Of a stretch of DNA of 64,000 nt, positions 18,435-29,601 are shown in pieces. The position numbers and the translations under genes are program-made. Position 1 is the stretch's first letter; each line of letters opens with the position of its first letter. Location: contig CAWDML010000009.1 of NCBI GenBank assembly GCA_963803435.1, positions 960,001 through 1,024,000 of the forward strand, read 5' to 3'. Below the pieces are notes generated by a model. The model was not told the DNA's origin. It saw only the letters and a list, made by a program, of their open reading frames with translations, and did not search any database. The DNA is from an uncultured delta proteobacterium. Its GTDB lineage: Bacteria > Myxococcota > Kuafuiibacteriia > Kuafuiibacteriales > Kuafuiibacteriaceae.

Positions 18435-19580
18435 GTGGCGAAGGATCTCTCGGCATTCCTGGCGAAGGAGACGACCAACCTCCAGCACGCCGGGCTGTTC
18501 AAGACCGAGCTGGCGATGGACCAGAAACGCCTGATCAACCTGGCCAGCAACGACTATCTCGGCCTCTCGATCCACCCCGCCGTGATCCAGGCCGCCAAGG
18601 ACACGATCGACCTGCACGGCGCCGGCACTTCCTCGCCGCGCATGATCGGAGGCACGCGCTCGATCCACCGCGACCTCGAGGTCGCGATCAGCCGCTTTCT
18701 CGGTACGCAGGAGACGCTGCTGTTCAGCTCCCGATATCACGCCAACACTGGTCTCTTCGAGTCGCTCTTCGACGACCGGGACTGGATCTTTTGCGACGAG
18801 CTCGCGCATCCCAGCGTGGCGGACGGCCTGCGCCTCTCGAAGGCCCGAGTGATCGGCTACCGCAACAACGACATGGACCACCTCGAGGACCGGCTCAAGC
18901 GATCCCGGGCGGCGCGGTTTCGCGTGATCGTGACCGACGCCATGTTTCCGCTCGAGGGCCGCCCGGCGGACCTCGCCGCGATCATCGCGCTCGGCGAGCG
19001 CTACGATGCGCCCGTCTTCGCCGACGACTCGCACGGGATCGGCGTGATGGGTCCGAGCGGGCGCGGCACGGCCGAAGCGCTGGGCATGGCCGGACAGCTC
19101 GACCTGGTCACGGCCACGCTGACGTATGCGGTCGGTGCGGGGAGCGGTGGCTTCGCGTCCGGCCGCCGCGAGGTGATCGCATGGCTACGCCAGAAGTCGC
19201 GACCGTACCTGGTGTCGAGCGCGCCGCCGCCGAGCAGCGCCGCAGCGGCCCTGGCGGCGCTCGGGATCCTCGAACGTGATCGCGGGGCGCTCGAGACGCT
19301 CCGGGGCCGGATCGAGGTCCTGCGCGCGGGCCTGGAGTCGCAGGGGTACGAGGTGATCGAGTCAGCGCATCCGATCGTGGTGCTGATGATCGGCGGCGCG
19401 GTCGCCACCCAGCGGGTCACCAACGCGCTCTACCAGCGTGGCATCTACGCGGTCGGCTTCTGCCACCCGGTGGTGCCGGAGGGGCGAGCCCGCATCCGCG
19501 TGCAGGTGTCGGCCCTGCTCGAAGATCGGGAGGTGGAGGCGGTGCTGGCGGCGTTCGAGGCGGCGCGGCGGGTCCTGTGA
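18435..19580 (+). CDS. Kbl/BioF-like class II PLP-fold protein lacking the Schiff-base Lys
   Basis: GGAGG RBS; NLASNDYLGL, DDSHGIG, LRQKSRPYL, VVPEGRARIRVQVSA. The canonical TLGKA reads TLTYA. Confidence 0.85.
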   Translation: MAKDLSAFLAKETTNLQHAGLFKTELAMDQKRLINLASNDYLGLSIHPAVIQAAKDTIDLHGAGTSSPRMIGGTRSIHRDLEVAISRFLGTQETLLFSSRYHANTGLFESLFDDRDWIFCDELAHPSVADGLRLSKARVIGYRNNDMDHLEDRLKRSRAARFRVIVTDAMFPLEGRPADLAAIIALGERYDAPVFADDSHGIGVMGPSGRGTAEALGMAGQLDLVTATLTYAVGAGSGGFASGRREVIAWLRQKSRPYLVSSAPPPSSAAAALAALGILERDRGALETLRGRIEVLRAGLESQGYEVIESAHPIVVLMIGGAVATQRVTNALYQRGIYAVGFCHPVVPEGRARIRVQVSALLEDREVEAVLAAFEAARRVL

Positions 19581-19583
19581 GCC

Positions 19584-19871
19584 TCAGCGCTCGGCGAGCC
19601 GGGTGTGGAGCCAACGCAGAGTCTCGTCGAGCTGGCGTCGCTGCGCATGGATCGTCTCCAGCAGGTACAGCGCGACCTCGGCGCCCTCGACGTTGACGCC
19701 CAGATCGACGAGCAAGGTCCGCGAGATCCGGATGCGCTCGACCTCGATGCTGGTGAAGGTGCCGTCGTCGCTCGGATGGACGATGCCCTCCCGCTCCAGC
19801 GTCTCGACGAAGGCCTCGTCAATCTCGAGGAGGGCGGTGACCTCGGCGCGGGCGAGCCTCTCTTTGCTCAC
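19584..19871 (-). CDS. CbpM-like chaperone modulator (MerR-type HTH)
   Basis: Directly downstream of the dnaJ-like gene; ERIR..RTL..DLGVNVEGAEVALYLL. Confidence 0.75.
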   Translation of the reverse strand: MSKERLARAEVTALLEIDEAFVETLEREGIVHPSDDGTFTSIEVERIRISRTLLVDLGVNVEGAEVALYLLETIHAQRRQLDETLRWLHTRLAER

Positions 19872-21015
19872 GATCGGCCCTCCTGCAGCTCGGCGCGGAT
19901 GTCACCGGAGTAGAAGGCCTCCAGCGTGTCGGCCGCCCGGCGAGCGGACTCCGGATCGCGCGAAGCGTCCGGGACCCGCACGACGATGCGCGCGTACAGA
20001 TCGCCCGGGCGCTGGCCTCTTCGCGCCACGCCCTTTCCGCGGAGACGAAGCCGGGTGAGCGTCTGTGCGCCTGGCGGAACCTTGAGCATCACGGCTCCGT
20101 CGAGGACGGGGACCTCGATCTCGGCGCCGAACATCGCCTCTCGAACGGTCACGGGAAGGTCGAGCTCGAGATCGTCGCCGGTCCTCCGGAAGAGTGGGTG
20201 CGGCGTCACGTGGACCCGCAGGAACACATCGCCCGGCGCGCCGCCGCTTCGGCCCGGATGGCCCTGACCGGCGATGCGGATCTTCTGCCCGTCGCGCACT
20301 CCGGCGGGGATCGTCACCTTGAGGTGCGCGGTGCCGGGGCGCTCTCCCGAGCCCCCGCAGACCGGGCAAGGTGGGGAATCGAGGCGGCCCGTGCCGCCGC
20401 AGGTGGGGCAGGGTGCCGCGAATCTTGATCGGACCGCGCGACACCGGCGCGCGTCCCGTACCGCCGCACGTGGGGCAGGTCGTCGGGGTCGCTCCGCGCT
20501 CGAAGCCGGTGCCGCCGCAGGTGTCGCAGGTGACCGGCCGTGCGATCCGGAGCTCGCGCTCTCCGCCGCGGACCGACTCGATGAAGGAGATCGTGAGGTC
20601 GGCGGTGGCATCGTCGCCCCGCTGCGGTCGACTGGGGCGGGCGGTCGTACGTCCGCGGAATCCGCCGAAGATGTCTCCGAAGATGTCCCCCAGATCGAAG
20701 TCGGTGGCCGGCTCCTCGCGATACGTGCGGGCTTTGTCGGAACGGTCGCGCCACTCGCGATAGGACTTCGCCTTGTCCGGATCGAAGCCCACCTTGGCGG
20801 TCTCGTCGCCCAGCTCGTCGTAGAGCTTTCTCTTCTCCGGATCGGAGAGGACCTCGTAGGCCGCGCTCAACTTCTTGAACCGGCTCTCCGCGCCCTGGTC
20901 CCCCGGATTCATGTCGGGGTGGTGCTTGCGCGCCTGCTTGCGAAAGGCTCGCTTGATCTCGTCCTGCGTCGCCGAGGGCTCGACGCCGAGGGTCTGATAG
21001 AGCTCGTTTGCGATG
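19868..21015 (-). CDS. DnaJ-family co-chaperone; frameshift near 20410; start codon not canonical in this sequence
   Basis: [28 protein letters not shown]-domain; four CxxCxGxG motifs across two frames; C-terminal [25 protein letters not shown]. Confidence 0.85.
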
Positions 21016-21119
21016 CTCTGAGCGGAGCAAGGCGCGTTCCGCCGGGTCGGGCAACGGGTGCGTCACCGACGGGCTGCGTGGCACGGACGTTGCGGCGCAG
21101 AGCAGGAAGAGCGACGCAC

Positions 21120-21527
21120 ATGAACGCCGGCGACATCGCGACCAATGACGTCGTGACCGTCCTCGAGTCGGCCAGCCTGCGGGAGGCCCTCGAGCTATTG
21201 CAGACGCTCGAGATCCGTCACCTGCCGGTGGTACGGACGACGGGCGAGCTGGTCGGCATTCTCAGCGATCGAGACATCAGGAACAGCGGGGCGCCGTTCA
21301 CGCTGCTTCCAGAGCGCGCGGGCGAGGACGGCTATGGCGTGGTCGAGATCATGACGACCGACGTGGTCACCGTGAACTCCGAGACCGACCTGGGCGACGT
21401 CATCGACCTGATGCTGGAGAACCGGATCGGCGCCGTGCCCGTGGTGGACCCGGTCAGCAACCGGGTCGTCGGCATGGTCAGCTACGTCGACGTACTGCGT
21501 GGGATTCGCGACCGGATTGAGAAGTGA
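21120..21527 (+). CDS. CBS-pair domain protein
   Basis: [16 protein letters not shown] and [17 protein letters not shown]. Confidence 0.88.
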   Translation: MNAGDIATNDVVTVLESASLREALELLQTLEIRHLPVVRTTGELVGILSDRDIRNSGAPFTLLPERAGEDGYGVVEIMTTDVVTVNSETDLGDVIDLMLENRIGAVPVVDPVSNRVVGMVSYVDVLRGIRDRIEK

Positions 21528-21538
21528 GGATCGAAGCT

Positions 21539-23443
21539 GTGGCAGCCAACAAAGTGATTGGAATCGACCTCGGGACCACGAACTCCGTGGTTGCGGCGAT
21601 GGAGGGCGGCGACGCCAAGGTGCTCGTCAACGACGAGGGCGGTCGCACGACACCCTCGGTGGTGGCCTGGACGGACAAGGGCGAGGTGCTGGTGGGTGCC
21701 ATCGCGCGGCGCCAGGCGATCACGAACCCGAACCGCACCGTCTACAGCGTGAAGCGCTTCATGGGGATGAAGTACAAGGACGTTCAAGACGAGATCAAGC
21801 GGGTCACCTACGAGGTTGTCGAGGCGTCCAACGGTGACGCCCACATCAAGATCGGGGACAAGACCTACTCGCCGCCCGAGATCGCGGCGAAGATCCTCCA
21901 GAAGCTGAAGCGGGCCGCCGAGGCCCACTTTGGCCAGGAGGTCCCGTCCGCGGTCATCACCGTCCCGGCCTACTTCAACGATGCCCAGCGACAGGCGACG
22001 AAGGACGCCGGGCGGATCGCCGGGTTCGACGTCCCCCGCATCATCAATGAGCCGACCTCGGCGGCGCTCGCCTACGGGCTCGACAAGAAGGCCAACGAAG
22101 TGATCGCGGTCTACGACTTCGGGGGAGGCACGTTCGACATCTCGGTGCTCGAGGTCGGCGAGGGCGTGGTGGAGGTGGTCGCGGTCAGCGGCGACACGCA
22201 CCTCGGCGGCGACGACTTCGACAATCGCATCGTGCGCTGGCTGCTCGACGAGTTCCGCCGCGACACGGGCCTCGACGTCTCCAGCGACCGAATGGTGCTG
22301 CAGCGGCTCAGGGAGGCCGCCGAGAAGGCGAAGATCGAGCTGTCCAACTCGTTCGAGACCGAGATCAGTCTGCCGTTCCTGACGGCCGACACCACCGGTC
22401 CGAAGCACCTGCAGGTCAGGTTGACACGCGCCAAGTTCGACGCGCTGATCCAGGATCTCGTCGACAAGTCTTTCCAAGCGGTCGAGAAGTCGCTCTCGGA
22501 CGCCGGGAAGAAGCCCAACGAGATCGACGAGGTGATCCTGGTCGGTGGCTCGACCCGCGTCCCGCTCATCCAACAGCGCGTGGAGAAGTACTTCGGCAGG
22601 GGAGCGAACCGCAGCGTCAACCCCGACGAGGTGGTCGCCGCCGGCGCGGCGGTCCAGGGCGGCGTGCTCACCGGTGAGACCAAGGATGTCCTGCTGCTCG
22701 ACGTGACCCCGCTGTCGCTCGGCATCGAGACCCTGGGCGGAGTCTTCACCGCGCTCATCCCCCGAAATACGACCATCCCGACGCGGAAGTCGGAGACGTT
22801 CTCCACGGCCGCCGACAATCAGGACAGCGTCGAGATCCACGTGCTCCAGGGCGAACGCAAGATGGCCTCCGACAACAAGACCCTGGGGCGCTTCATGCTC
22901 GACCGTCTCCCGCCGGCCCCGCGAGGCATCCCGCAGATCGAGGTCACCTTCGACATCGACGCGAACGGGATCGTGCACGTGTCCGCCCGCGACAAGGCGA
23001 CCGGACGGGAGCAGTCCGTGCGCATCGAGGCCTCCTCCGGCCTGAACGAGCAGGACATCGAGCGGATGGTGAGCGAGGCCGAGCAGCATGCGAAGGACGA
23101 TCAGGCCCGCCGCGAAAAGGTGGAGGAGCGGAACAAGCTCGACCAGCTGGTCTATCAGGTCGAGCGCACCATGACCGAGTCGCGGGACAAGCTCCCGCTC
23201 GAGGTCGGTCAGGAGGTCTCCGGCGCGCTCACGCGGGCGCGGGAGGCGCTGGGAAAGGACGACGTGGAGGCCTGGAAGCGGGCCGAGTCCGAGCTGATGG
23301 CGGCCTCGAGCAAGATGGCGCAGCACCTCTATCAGGGCGCGCAGGAGGCTCGACCGGGCTCAGGCGCGGGCGGCGACGGCGCTGCGCCCCAGAAGGGCGA
23401 CGACGACGTGATCGACGCGGACTTCACCGAGGCGCCGCACTGA
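21539..23443 (+). CDS. dnaK: Hsp70 chaperone DnaK (ORF call starts 21524; GTG at 21539 has an RBS)
   Basis: [49 protein letters not shown]-terminal VIDADF. Confidence 0.97.
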   Translation: MAANKVIGIDLGTTNSVVAAMEGGDAKVLVNDEGGRTTPSVVAWTDKGEVLVGAIARRQAITNPNRTVYSVKRFMGMKYKDVQDEIKRVTYEVVEASNGDAHIKIGDKTYSPPEIAAKILQKLKRAAEAHFGQEVPSAVITVPAYFNDAQRQATKDAGRIAGFDVPRIINEPTSAALAYGLDKKANEVIAVYDFGGGTFDISVLEVGEGVVEVVAVSGDTHLGGDDFDNRIVRWLLDEFRRDTGLDVSSDRMVLQRLREAAEKAKIELSNSFETEISLPFLTADTTGPKHLQVRLTRAKFDALIQDLVDKSFQAVEKSLSDAGKKPNEIDEVILVGGSTRVPLIQQRVEKYFGRGANRSVNPDEVVAAGAAVQGGVLTGETKDVLLLDVTPLSLGIETLGGVFTALIPRNTTIPTRKSETFSTAADNQDSVEIHVLQGERKMASDNKTLGRFMLDRLPPAPRGIPQIEVTFDIDANGIVHVSARDKATGREQSVRIEASSGLNEQDIERMVSEAEQHAKDDQARREKVEERNKLDQLVYQVERTMTESRDKLPLEVGQEVSGALTRAREALGKDDVEAWKRAESELMAASSKMAQHLYQGAQEARPGSGAGGDGAAPQKGDDDVIDADFTEAPH

Positions 23444-23942
23444 TCCCGGCGCAGCTCGGCGCCCGGATCTCGACCCGATACGCTTGACCGCCGCGTGCGA
23501 AGGCGAGCTGGCCCCGATATCCGCCCGGGACCGCTGCGAGCTCGCTGGACCAGCGCTCGGCACCGAGGAACGGGCCGGCGGTGATCGCGGAGCTCCACTC
23601 GTCATACGTGCCGTCGAAGGCGGCGCGGTCGAGCGGGACTCGGAAGTCGGCGAAGCTGACGCCGTCGTCGATCAGCTCGGCGAGGGGACGGTCGCAGTCG
23701 ATCGGAGCGTGCGCAAAGTACACCAGCAGGATCCGGCCGATCGGGCGTAGCTCCGCGTCGCGGAAGACCTGTGGCTCTGCGCTGGCCTGGTACTCGTACG
23801 GGATCAGCGGTACCGCTTCGTCCGCCACCGTGATCTCGAGCCCGTCCGACTCCGGAGAGTGGGAGAGGAAGTTGGTCGCTTCCGCGCCGCCGCACCCCGT
23901 CACCAGGATGAGGGCGAGCGCCTCGATCGGCGGCTTCGTCAT
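23424..23942 (-). CDS. Putative lipoprotein
   Basis: LALILVTGC lipobox; plausible codon usage. Confidence 0.55.
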   Translation of the reverse strand: MTKPPIEALALILVTGCGGAEATNFLSHSPESDGLEITVADEAVPLIPYEYQASAEPQVFRDAELRPIGRILLVYFAHAPIDCDRPLAELIDDGVSFADFRVPLDRAAFDGTYDEWSSAITAGPFLGAERWSSELAAVPGGYRGQLAFARGGQAYRVEIRAPSCAGISAAPR

Positions 23943-23994
23943 GGTCGCTGGGGAGGCAATCGACCCGAGCCGCGGGGCCTGAAGGCCTTCCGGA

Positions 23995-25119
23995 TTACAG
24001 CCAGCGCCGGCGCCGGAACAGGAAGATCGAGCCGACGGCGACCAGCGCCATCAGGCCCCAGACGGCCGCATAGCCGTAGTGCCACTTCAGCTCGGGCATG
24101 AACTCGAAGTTCATCCCGTAGACGCCGGCGACGAAGGTCAGCGGGATGAAGATCGTCGCGATCACCGTGAGGAGCCTCATCTCCTGATTCATCCGATTGC
24201 TGACCACCGTCAGGAAGAGATCCTGCAAGGACGCGACCATCTCCCGATAGATGTCGATCGATTCGACGATCTGCACCACGTGATCGTGGAGATCGCGAAG
24301 GAACGGGCGGGTGTCCGCGTGGATGCGCTCCTCCTCGTCGCGCGTGAGCGAGGCGACGGCTTCGCGCAGCGGCCACACCGCCTTGCGGAAGGTGAGGAGC
24401 TCGCGTTTGAGCACGTGGAGCTCCGGCGGCGCGGAGAGGCTCAGCTCCCGGATCGGGGCCACCTCGAACGCCTCTACTCGCGCAGCGAAGTGCTCGAGGA
24501 CGGCCAGGTAGCTGTCGACGATCGCGTCCATCAGCGAGTAGGCGAGATAGTCGGGCCCGCGCTTGCGGATGCGGGACTCGGGGCCGCGGAGGCGCTTGCG
24601 GACCCCGTCGAAGACGTCCTGCTCAGTCTCCTGGAACGTGAGCACCACCTCCTTGCCCAGGATGAGGCTCACCTGCTCGTACGTGGTCTTCACCTGGTCG
24701 CAATCGTCGGGCCCGAGGTGGACCATCTTGAAGACGAGATAGACGTAGTCTTCGAAGTACTCGATCTTGGCGCGGTGGCTCGGATTCAGGATGTCCTCGA
24801 TCGAGAGCGCGTGAATGTCGAAGCGCTTGCACAGGGCCTCGATCCGCTCGGCGTCATGGATCCCGTTGACGTCGATCCAGGTGATCGTGGAGCGGGCGCG
24901 CACCGCCGCCGCCTGGTCGATCGTCACGTCGTCCGCCTCGTCGAGCCGCTCCGGGGTGAAGTCGTAGATGTGGATGCGGATCGGGTGCGAACGCCCGACA
25001 CCCGTGTAGATGGCGCTTCCGGGTGCCTCGTGCGCCAGCGCCGGCAGCATCGAGGACTGGCGGAGCCGGGGCCGGAGGCGCTCGAGCACGCGCGCCGGGT
25101 TGAGATCGTGCAGGTTCAT
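23995..25119 (-). CDS. corA: Mg2+/Co2+ transporter CorA
   Basis: TWIDVNG, IEDIL, YLAYSLMDAIVD, LTVIATIFIPLTF..YGMNF..MPELKW. Confidence 0.95.
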   Translation of the reverse strand: MNLHDLNPARVLERLRPRLRQSSMLPALAHEAPGSAIYTGVGRSHPIRIHIYDFTPERLDEADDVTIDQAAAVRARSTITWIDVNGIHDAERIEALCKRFDIHALSIEDILNPSHRAKIEYFEDYVYLVFKMVHLGPDDCDQVKTTYEQVSLILGKEVVLTFQETEQDVFDGVRKRLRGPESRIRKRGPDYLAYSLMDAIVDSYLAVLEHFAARVEAFEVAPIRELSLSAPPELHVLKRELLTFRKAVWPLREAVASLTRDEEERIHADTRPFLRDLHDHVVQIVESIDIYREMVASLQDLFLTVVSNRMNQEMRLLTVIATIFIPLTFVAGVYGMNFEFMPELKWHYGYAAVWGLMALVAVGSIFLFRRRRWL

Positions 25120-25679
25120 CCTCGTGTCCCTCCCGCGACTCGCGGTCCGGGGAGCCAGACGCCGCCCGATTCGCAGTCGACGTGACGAAGAGAGATCCGC
25201 CCGTCGGTGACATCGATGACGCCATAGGTGATCGGAAGCTGGAACCGGCGAGGGCCGATCGAGCCGGGGTTGAACACCGCCAGACCGCCCTCCTTGGCGA
25301 TCAGCGGTACGTGAGAGTGACCGCACACGACCATCTGAGCGCTGTGGGCCCGCGCGAGGCGCCGGGCGTCGGCGCGCAGCCGCGGACCCTGTACGGCGAT
25401 GTGCATCAGCAGGATCCGGAGGCGAGCCCCGGACGCGGTCAGGTCGAGCACCAACAGATCGGGCGTGTCGTCGGCGTAAGCGTCGATGTTCCCGCGGATC
25501 GCATGGGTGGGCGCGATCTCCGCGAGGTCGTCGATGACCTGGTGCGTGCCGATGTCGCCGGCGTGCAAGATGGCCGCGGGCTGCTCGCGGATCAGCAGGC
25601 GCGCGGCCTCGGGATGCGGGCGGCTGTGCGTATCCGCGACCACCGCCACGCGGGTCGAGCTCGCGCCCAGGTCGATCAT
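25116..25679 (-). CDS. YfcE-like metallophosphoesterase
   Basis: ADTH, HAGD, RGN.D, GHSH.P, NPGS motifs. Confidence 0.88.
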   Translation of the reverse strand: MIDLGASSTRVAVVADTHSRPHPEAARLLIREQPAAILHAGDIGTHQVIDDLAEIAPTHAIRGNIDAYADDTPDLLVLDLTASGARLRILLMHIAVQGPRLRADARRLARAHSAQMVVCGHSHVPLIAKEGGLAVFNPGSIGPRRFQLPITYGVIDVTDGRISLRHVDCESGGVWLPGPRVAGGTRG

Positions 25680-25771
25680 CCGATGTTCGAGGCGCGGCGA
25701 GCCCACCTCGGTTGCCATACCTGGAGGCGCGGGCGTTGACCAGGGCGCGGTCGCGATCGACTGTCGGCCGC

Positions 25772-26230
25772 ATGAAGCTCGAGCTCGACGTCAACGGACA
25801 CAAGCGGAAGATCGACGCGCCCGCGGACATGCCGCTGTTGTGGGTCATCCGTGATCTCCTCGGGCTGACCGGGACCAAGTTCGGGTGCGGGATCGCGCAG
25901 TGTCGCGCCTGTACGGTCCACCTCGACGGGGAGGCGGTCCCCTCTTGCCAGATCCCCGTCGCCGACGCTGCCGGGAGAAAGATCACCACGATCGAGGGGG
26001 TGACGACGGCCGACCTGCATCCGGTGCAGCGGGCCTGGATCGAGGAGGACGTCCCGCAGTGCGGATACTGTCAGGTGGGGCAGGTGATGAGCGCGGTGGC
26101 GCTGCTCGCCAAGAACAAGAGCCCGAGCGACGCAGAGATCGACGTCGCGATGTCCGGCAACATCTGCCGCTGCGGAACCTACAACTACATCCGCCGCGCC
26201 ATCCATCGCGCCGCCTCGGAGATGAAATGA
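25772..26230 (+). CDS. Isoquinoline 1-oxidoreductase-like alpha subunit (2Fe-2S)
   Basis: [30 protein letters not shown]. Confidence 0.93.
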   Translation: MKLELDVNGHKRKIDAPADMPLLWVIRDLLGLTGTKFGCGIAQCRACTVHLDGEAVPSCQIPVADAAGRKITTIEGVTTADLHPVQRAWIEEDVPQCGYCQVGQVMSAVALLAKNKSPSDAEIDVAMSGNICRCGTYNYIRRAIHRAASEMK

Positions 26231-28335
26231 GCGCCCGCGTGGATCGCAGATCCTTTCTGGTCGCCGGCGGCAGCGCGCTGGTCGTGGGCTTCTCGCTGGC
26301 CGAGCGGGCCCGGGCGCAGGGGCCGAACCGATCCTCGAAGCAGAGCGCGCCCGTCGAGGTCAACGCGTTCGTCAGGATCGGCGCGGACGGCGTCGTCACC
26401 CTGGTGATCGCGGAGAGCGAGATGGGCCAGGGCGTCCTCACCGCTCTGTCGATGATCCTGGCCGAGGAGCTGGAGATCGATCTGGACAGCGTCCACTTCG
26501 AACCGGCGCCGGCCGATCCGAAGCGCTTCGGCCGACAGCTCACCGGCGGCAGCTCCAGCGTTCGCGAGGGCTATCCCACGCTGAGAGCCGCCGGGGCCGC
26601 CGCCCGCATGATGCTGATCGAGGCCGCCGCCGAGACGTGGAAGGTGCCGGCCGCCGAATGCCACGCGGAGCAGGGCGCGGTGATCCACGAGCGATCGAAG
26701 CGCCGTACCGGGTACGGCGAGCTGGCGGCGCGCACCGCGAAGAAGAAGCCGCCGGAGGATCCGCCGCTCAAGACGCGCGAGTCGTTCCGGTTGATCGGAC
26801 GATCGCACCGCCGGCTCGACGCCCGCGCCAAGGTCACCGGAGAGGCCAAGTTCGGCATCGACGTGGTCGTGCCCGGGATGTTGATCGCGCGCGTCGTCCG
26901 CTCGCCGATCATCGGCGGCAAGGTGAAGCGCTTCGACGCGAAGGCCGCCAAGAAGATCCCCGGCGTGCGCGCGGTGGTCGAGATCCCTTCGGGCGTCGCG
27001 GTGGCCGCCGATCACTTCTGGGCGGCCAAGAAGGGCAGTGAGGCGCTGTCGATCGAGTGGGACGAGGGCGACAATGGAGCGCTCTCCGACGCCACCATCA
27101 CGCGGGAGCTGAGCCGCCGGGTGAAGGAGGGCGTCGAGGCTCGCAAGGTCGGCTTCTCGCGCCCGAGCGCGGCCGGCGCCCGGAAGCTCGAGGCCACCTA
27201 CCAGGTGCCCTATCTCGCCCACGCGACGATGGAACCGCTCAATTGCACGGCGGACGTTCGCCGCGATCGGTGTGAGGTCTGGGCTCCGACACAAGCGCAG
27301 AGCATGTCGCTGGCGGCGATCGCAGAGATCACCGGGCTGCCGCAGGATCAGATCGTCCTCCACACCACGTACCTGGGCGGCGGGTTCGGCCGCAAGGCGC
27401 AGACCGACTTCGTGAAGGAGGCGGTCCACGTCAGCAAGGCGGTCAAGAAGCCGGTGAAGGTGATCTGGACGCGAGAGGACGACATGCGCGGCGGCTGGTA
27501 CCGGCCCGCCGCCTACCACGAGCTGTCGGGCGCGCTCGACGCGCAAGGCTGGCCCGACACCTGGGTCCACCAGATCGCGAGCCCCGCGATCCTCGAGGCC
27601 TTCGGTCCCCTCCAGGGCGGCATCGATCGGACCTCGGTCGAGGGCGCAGCCAACCTCCCGTACGCGATCCCCAACCTTCGGGTGACCTACGCCAAGACCG
27701 ACCTCCCGCTCAGCGTTTGGTTCTGGAGGTCGGTCGGGAGCTCGATCAACGCGTTCGTGACCGAGTGCTTCCTCGACGAGCTGGCGGCCCTCGGCGGCAA
27801 GGATCCGCTGGAGGTCCGCCGCCGTCTGCTCTCCGGCCACCCCCGCCACCGCCGCGTGCTCGACGTCGCCGCCGAGAAGGCCGGCTGGGGCAAGGCGCTC
27901 CCGAAGGGCCGCGCTCGCGGCCTGGCCGTGCACGAGTCGTTCGGCAGCATCGTCGCCGAGGTCGCCGAGGTCTCGCTCGGCGAGGGCGGGCTCCCTCGCG
28001 TCCATCGGGTCGTCTGCGCCGTCGACTGCGGAGACGTGGTCAACCCGTCCACCGTGGTGGCCCAGATGGAGAGCGCGATCGTGTACGGGCTCTCGGCGGC
28101 GCTCTACGGAGCGCTGCACGTCGACAAGGGCCGCGTCCAGGAGGGCAACTTCGACCGCTACCCGGTGCTGCGTCTCGCCGACATGCCCGCGATCGAGACC
28201 CACCTCGTGACCAGCGGCGACCCGATGGGCGGCATCGGCGAGCCGGGGACGCCCCCGATCGCCCCGGCCGTGGCGAACGCCGTGTTCGCCTTGACGCGGA
28301 AGCCGGTGCGGCGCCTGCCGTTCACGATCGCCTAG
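26227..28335 (+). CDS. Isoquinoline 1-oxidoreductase-like beta subunit (molybdopterin-binding), Tat-exported
   Basis: DRRSFL Tat motif; SEMGQG, HATMEP.NC, GGGFGR, WRSVG, GGIGEPG.PP. Confidence 0.93.
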   Translation: MSARVDRRSFLVAGGSALVVGFSLAERARAQGPNRSSKQSAPVEVNAFVRIGADGVVTLVIAESEMGQGVLTALSMILAEELEIDLDSVHFEPAPADPKRFGRQLTGGSSSVREGYPTLRAAGAAARMMLIEAAAETWKVPAAECHAEQGAVIHERSKRRTGYGELAARTAKKKPPEDPPLKTRESFRLIGRSHRRLDARAKVTGEAKFGIDVVVPGMLIARVVRSPIIGGKVKRFDAKAAKKIPGVRAVVEIPSGVAVAADHFWAAKKGSEALSIEWDEGDNGALSDATITRELSRRVKEGVEARKVGFSRPSAAGARKLEATYQVPYLAHATMEPLNCTADVRRDRCEVWAPTQAQSMSLAAIAEITGLPQDQIVLHTTYLGGGFGRKAQTDFVKEAVHVSKAVKKPVKVIWTREDDMRGGWYRPAAYHELSGALDAQGWPDTWVHQIASPAILEAFGPLQGGIDRTSVEGAANLPYAIPNLRVTYAKTDLPLSVWFWRSVGSSINAFVTECFLDELAALGGKDPLEVRRRLLSGHPRHRRVLDVAAEKAGWGKALPKGRARGLAVHESFGSIVAEVAEVSLGEGGLPRVHRVVCAVDCGDVVNPSTVVAQMESAIVYGLSAALYGALHVDKGRVQEGNFDRYPVLRLADMPAIETHLVTSGDPMGGIGEPGTPPIAPAVANAVFALTRKPVRRLPFTIA

Positions 28336-28421
28336 GAGCGTGTAGCGCGTAAGCGCTCACGCGACCCCGGTCCGGGTCCCGGTCCCGGTCCGGGTCCCGA
28401 TCTGAAGATGGCTGCCTTGAG

Positions 28422-29053
28422 TCAGACGCGATGATGCGGCCATCCATCATTTCGTTCAGTTGGGTCTGGGGATGGTTCGAGCTGGTCAGCCTGCGCTCTT
28501 GCCTTCTCGGCTCGAGTTCTCGCTCGCTTCTGCTCCACCCGATCCACAAGAGCATCATCCGCTTTGCTCTGCTGCTCTTCGGCTTGCCTGCGCAATTTCT
28601 CCGCGTTCGCCTGCACCTTCGAGCCATCGAGTGCGACGTGTCCGAGCCGCACCAAACCTGCTTTTTGGCAAAGCTTCAGGACTTCGAGGAAGAGCGCTTT
28701 CAGTGCCTCCAGGTGGACGAGCCGAAACTCGTTGATCGTCGTGAAGTGGGGATGACTTTCTCCAGCCAGCACCCGGAATGGAATGTCTTGGTAGGTCGCC
28801 CGCGCGATCCTCCGCGACGAATAGATGCCGGTGCAGTAGGCGTACAGAAGCAGCGCGATCATCATTTCGAGGCGAGTACGGTCGCTCGCCTCGCGGGTCC
28901 TCGGACTGGATCGATCTCGATCGCGCTCAGCTCTACCTCATCGACGACGTCCAAGACGAAGTACGCGAGATGATTTTCTGGGAGCCACTCGAGAGGGGAC
29001 GGCGGGAGCAAGAACGATTGTCTCGGAGTCCAAGAACGGTATTGCTTCGCCAC
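28422..29053 (-). pseudogene. IS1182-family transposase remnant (N-terminus plus DUF772 region; catalytic C-terminus deleted; frameshifted)
   Basis: Same N-terminus as copy 1, then MMIALLLYAY..GIYSSRRI, P.FTTINEFR, VALDGSKVQANA. Confidence 0.88.
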
Positions 29054-29172
29054 GAAACCATGGGATCAAGTCCAGGCGTCGAAGTCGATCCGCCCAACGA
29101 TCGATTCCAGACGAAACGACCTCCAAGAACTTCTGCTGGTCAAAGTGGACGAGCTACCGCAAGCTAGCTTGC

Positions 29173-29541
29173 ACGGTCACTTTCGATCACGAGAAGCTCG
29201 AGGTCTACCAGCTCGCCGTCGAGTATGCCGACATCGCTGAAGATGATCGCACAAGAACTGCAACCCGGTCACGCTCACGTCCGCGATCAGCTTCGGCGGG
29301 CATCCGATTCCATCGTGAACAACACCGCCGAGGGCGCCGGAGAGCTCAATCCACCTGAGAAGGCTCGCTTCTACCGGATGGCACTTCGCTCTGGCACCGA
29401 AGCGCCGCCTCACTCCACACCTGCTTGAGGCGCCGACTCGCCAACGAGCAGAAGCTCCAAGCCGCCAGAGCCAAGCTCAAGCGCGTTGTCGAGAGGCTCA
29501 CGCGCCTCATCAAGTCGATGAACGCACGCCGGGCTGCATGA
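29173..29541 (+). pseudogene. Four-helix-bundle gene, inactivated copy
   Basis: Nearly identical to 3283-3651, but ATG>ACG, with a +1 indel near 29244 and a -1 indel near 29400. Confidence 0.8.
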
Positions 29542-29601
29542 TCGCCATCGGGACCGGGACCGGGACCGGGACCCGGACCGGGCTCGCGGTAGCGCTACGC
29601 G

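Noticed and set aside
21482-23326. 614-aa antisense ORF opposite dnaK
   Set aside because: This is the well-known shadow ORF produced by codon bias in GC-rich dnaK genes.
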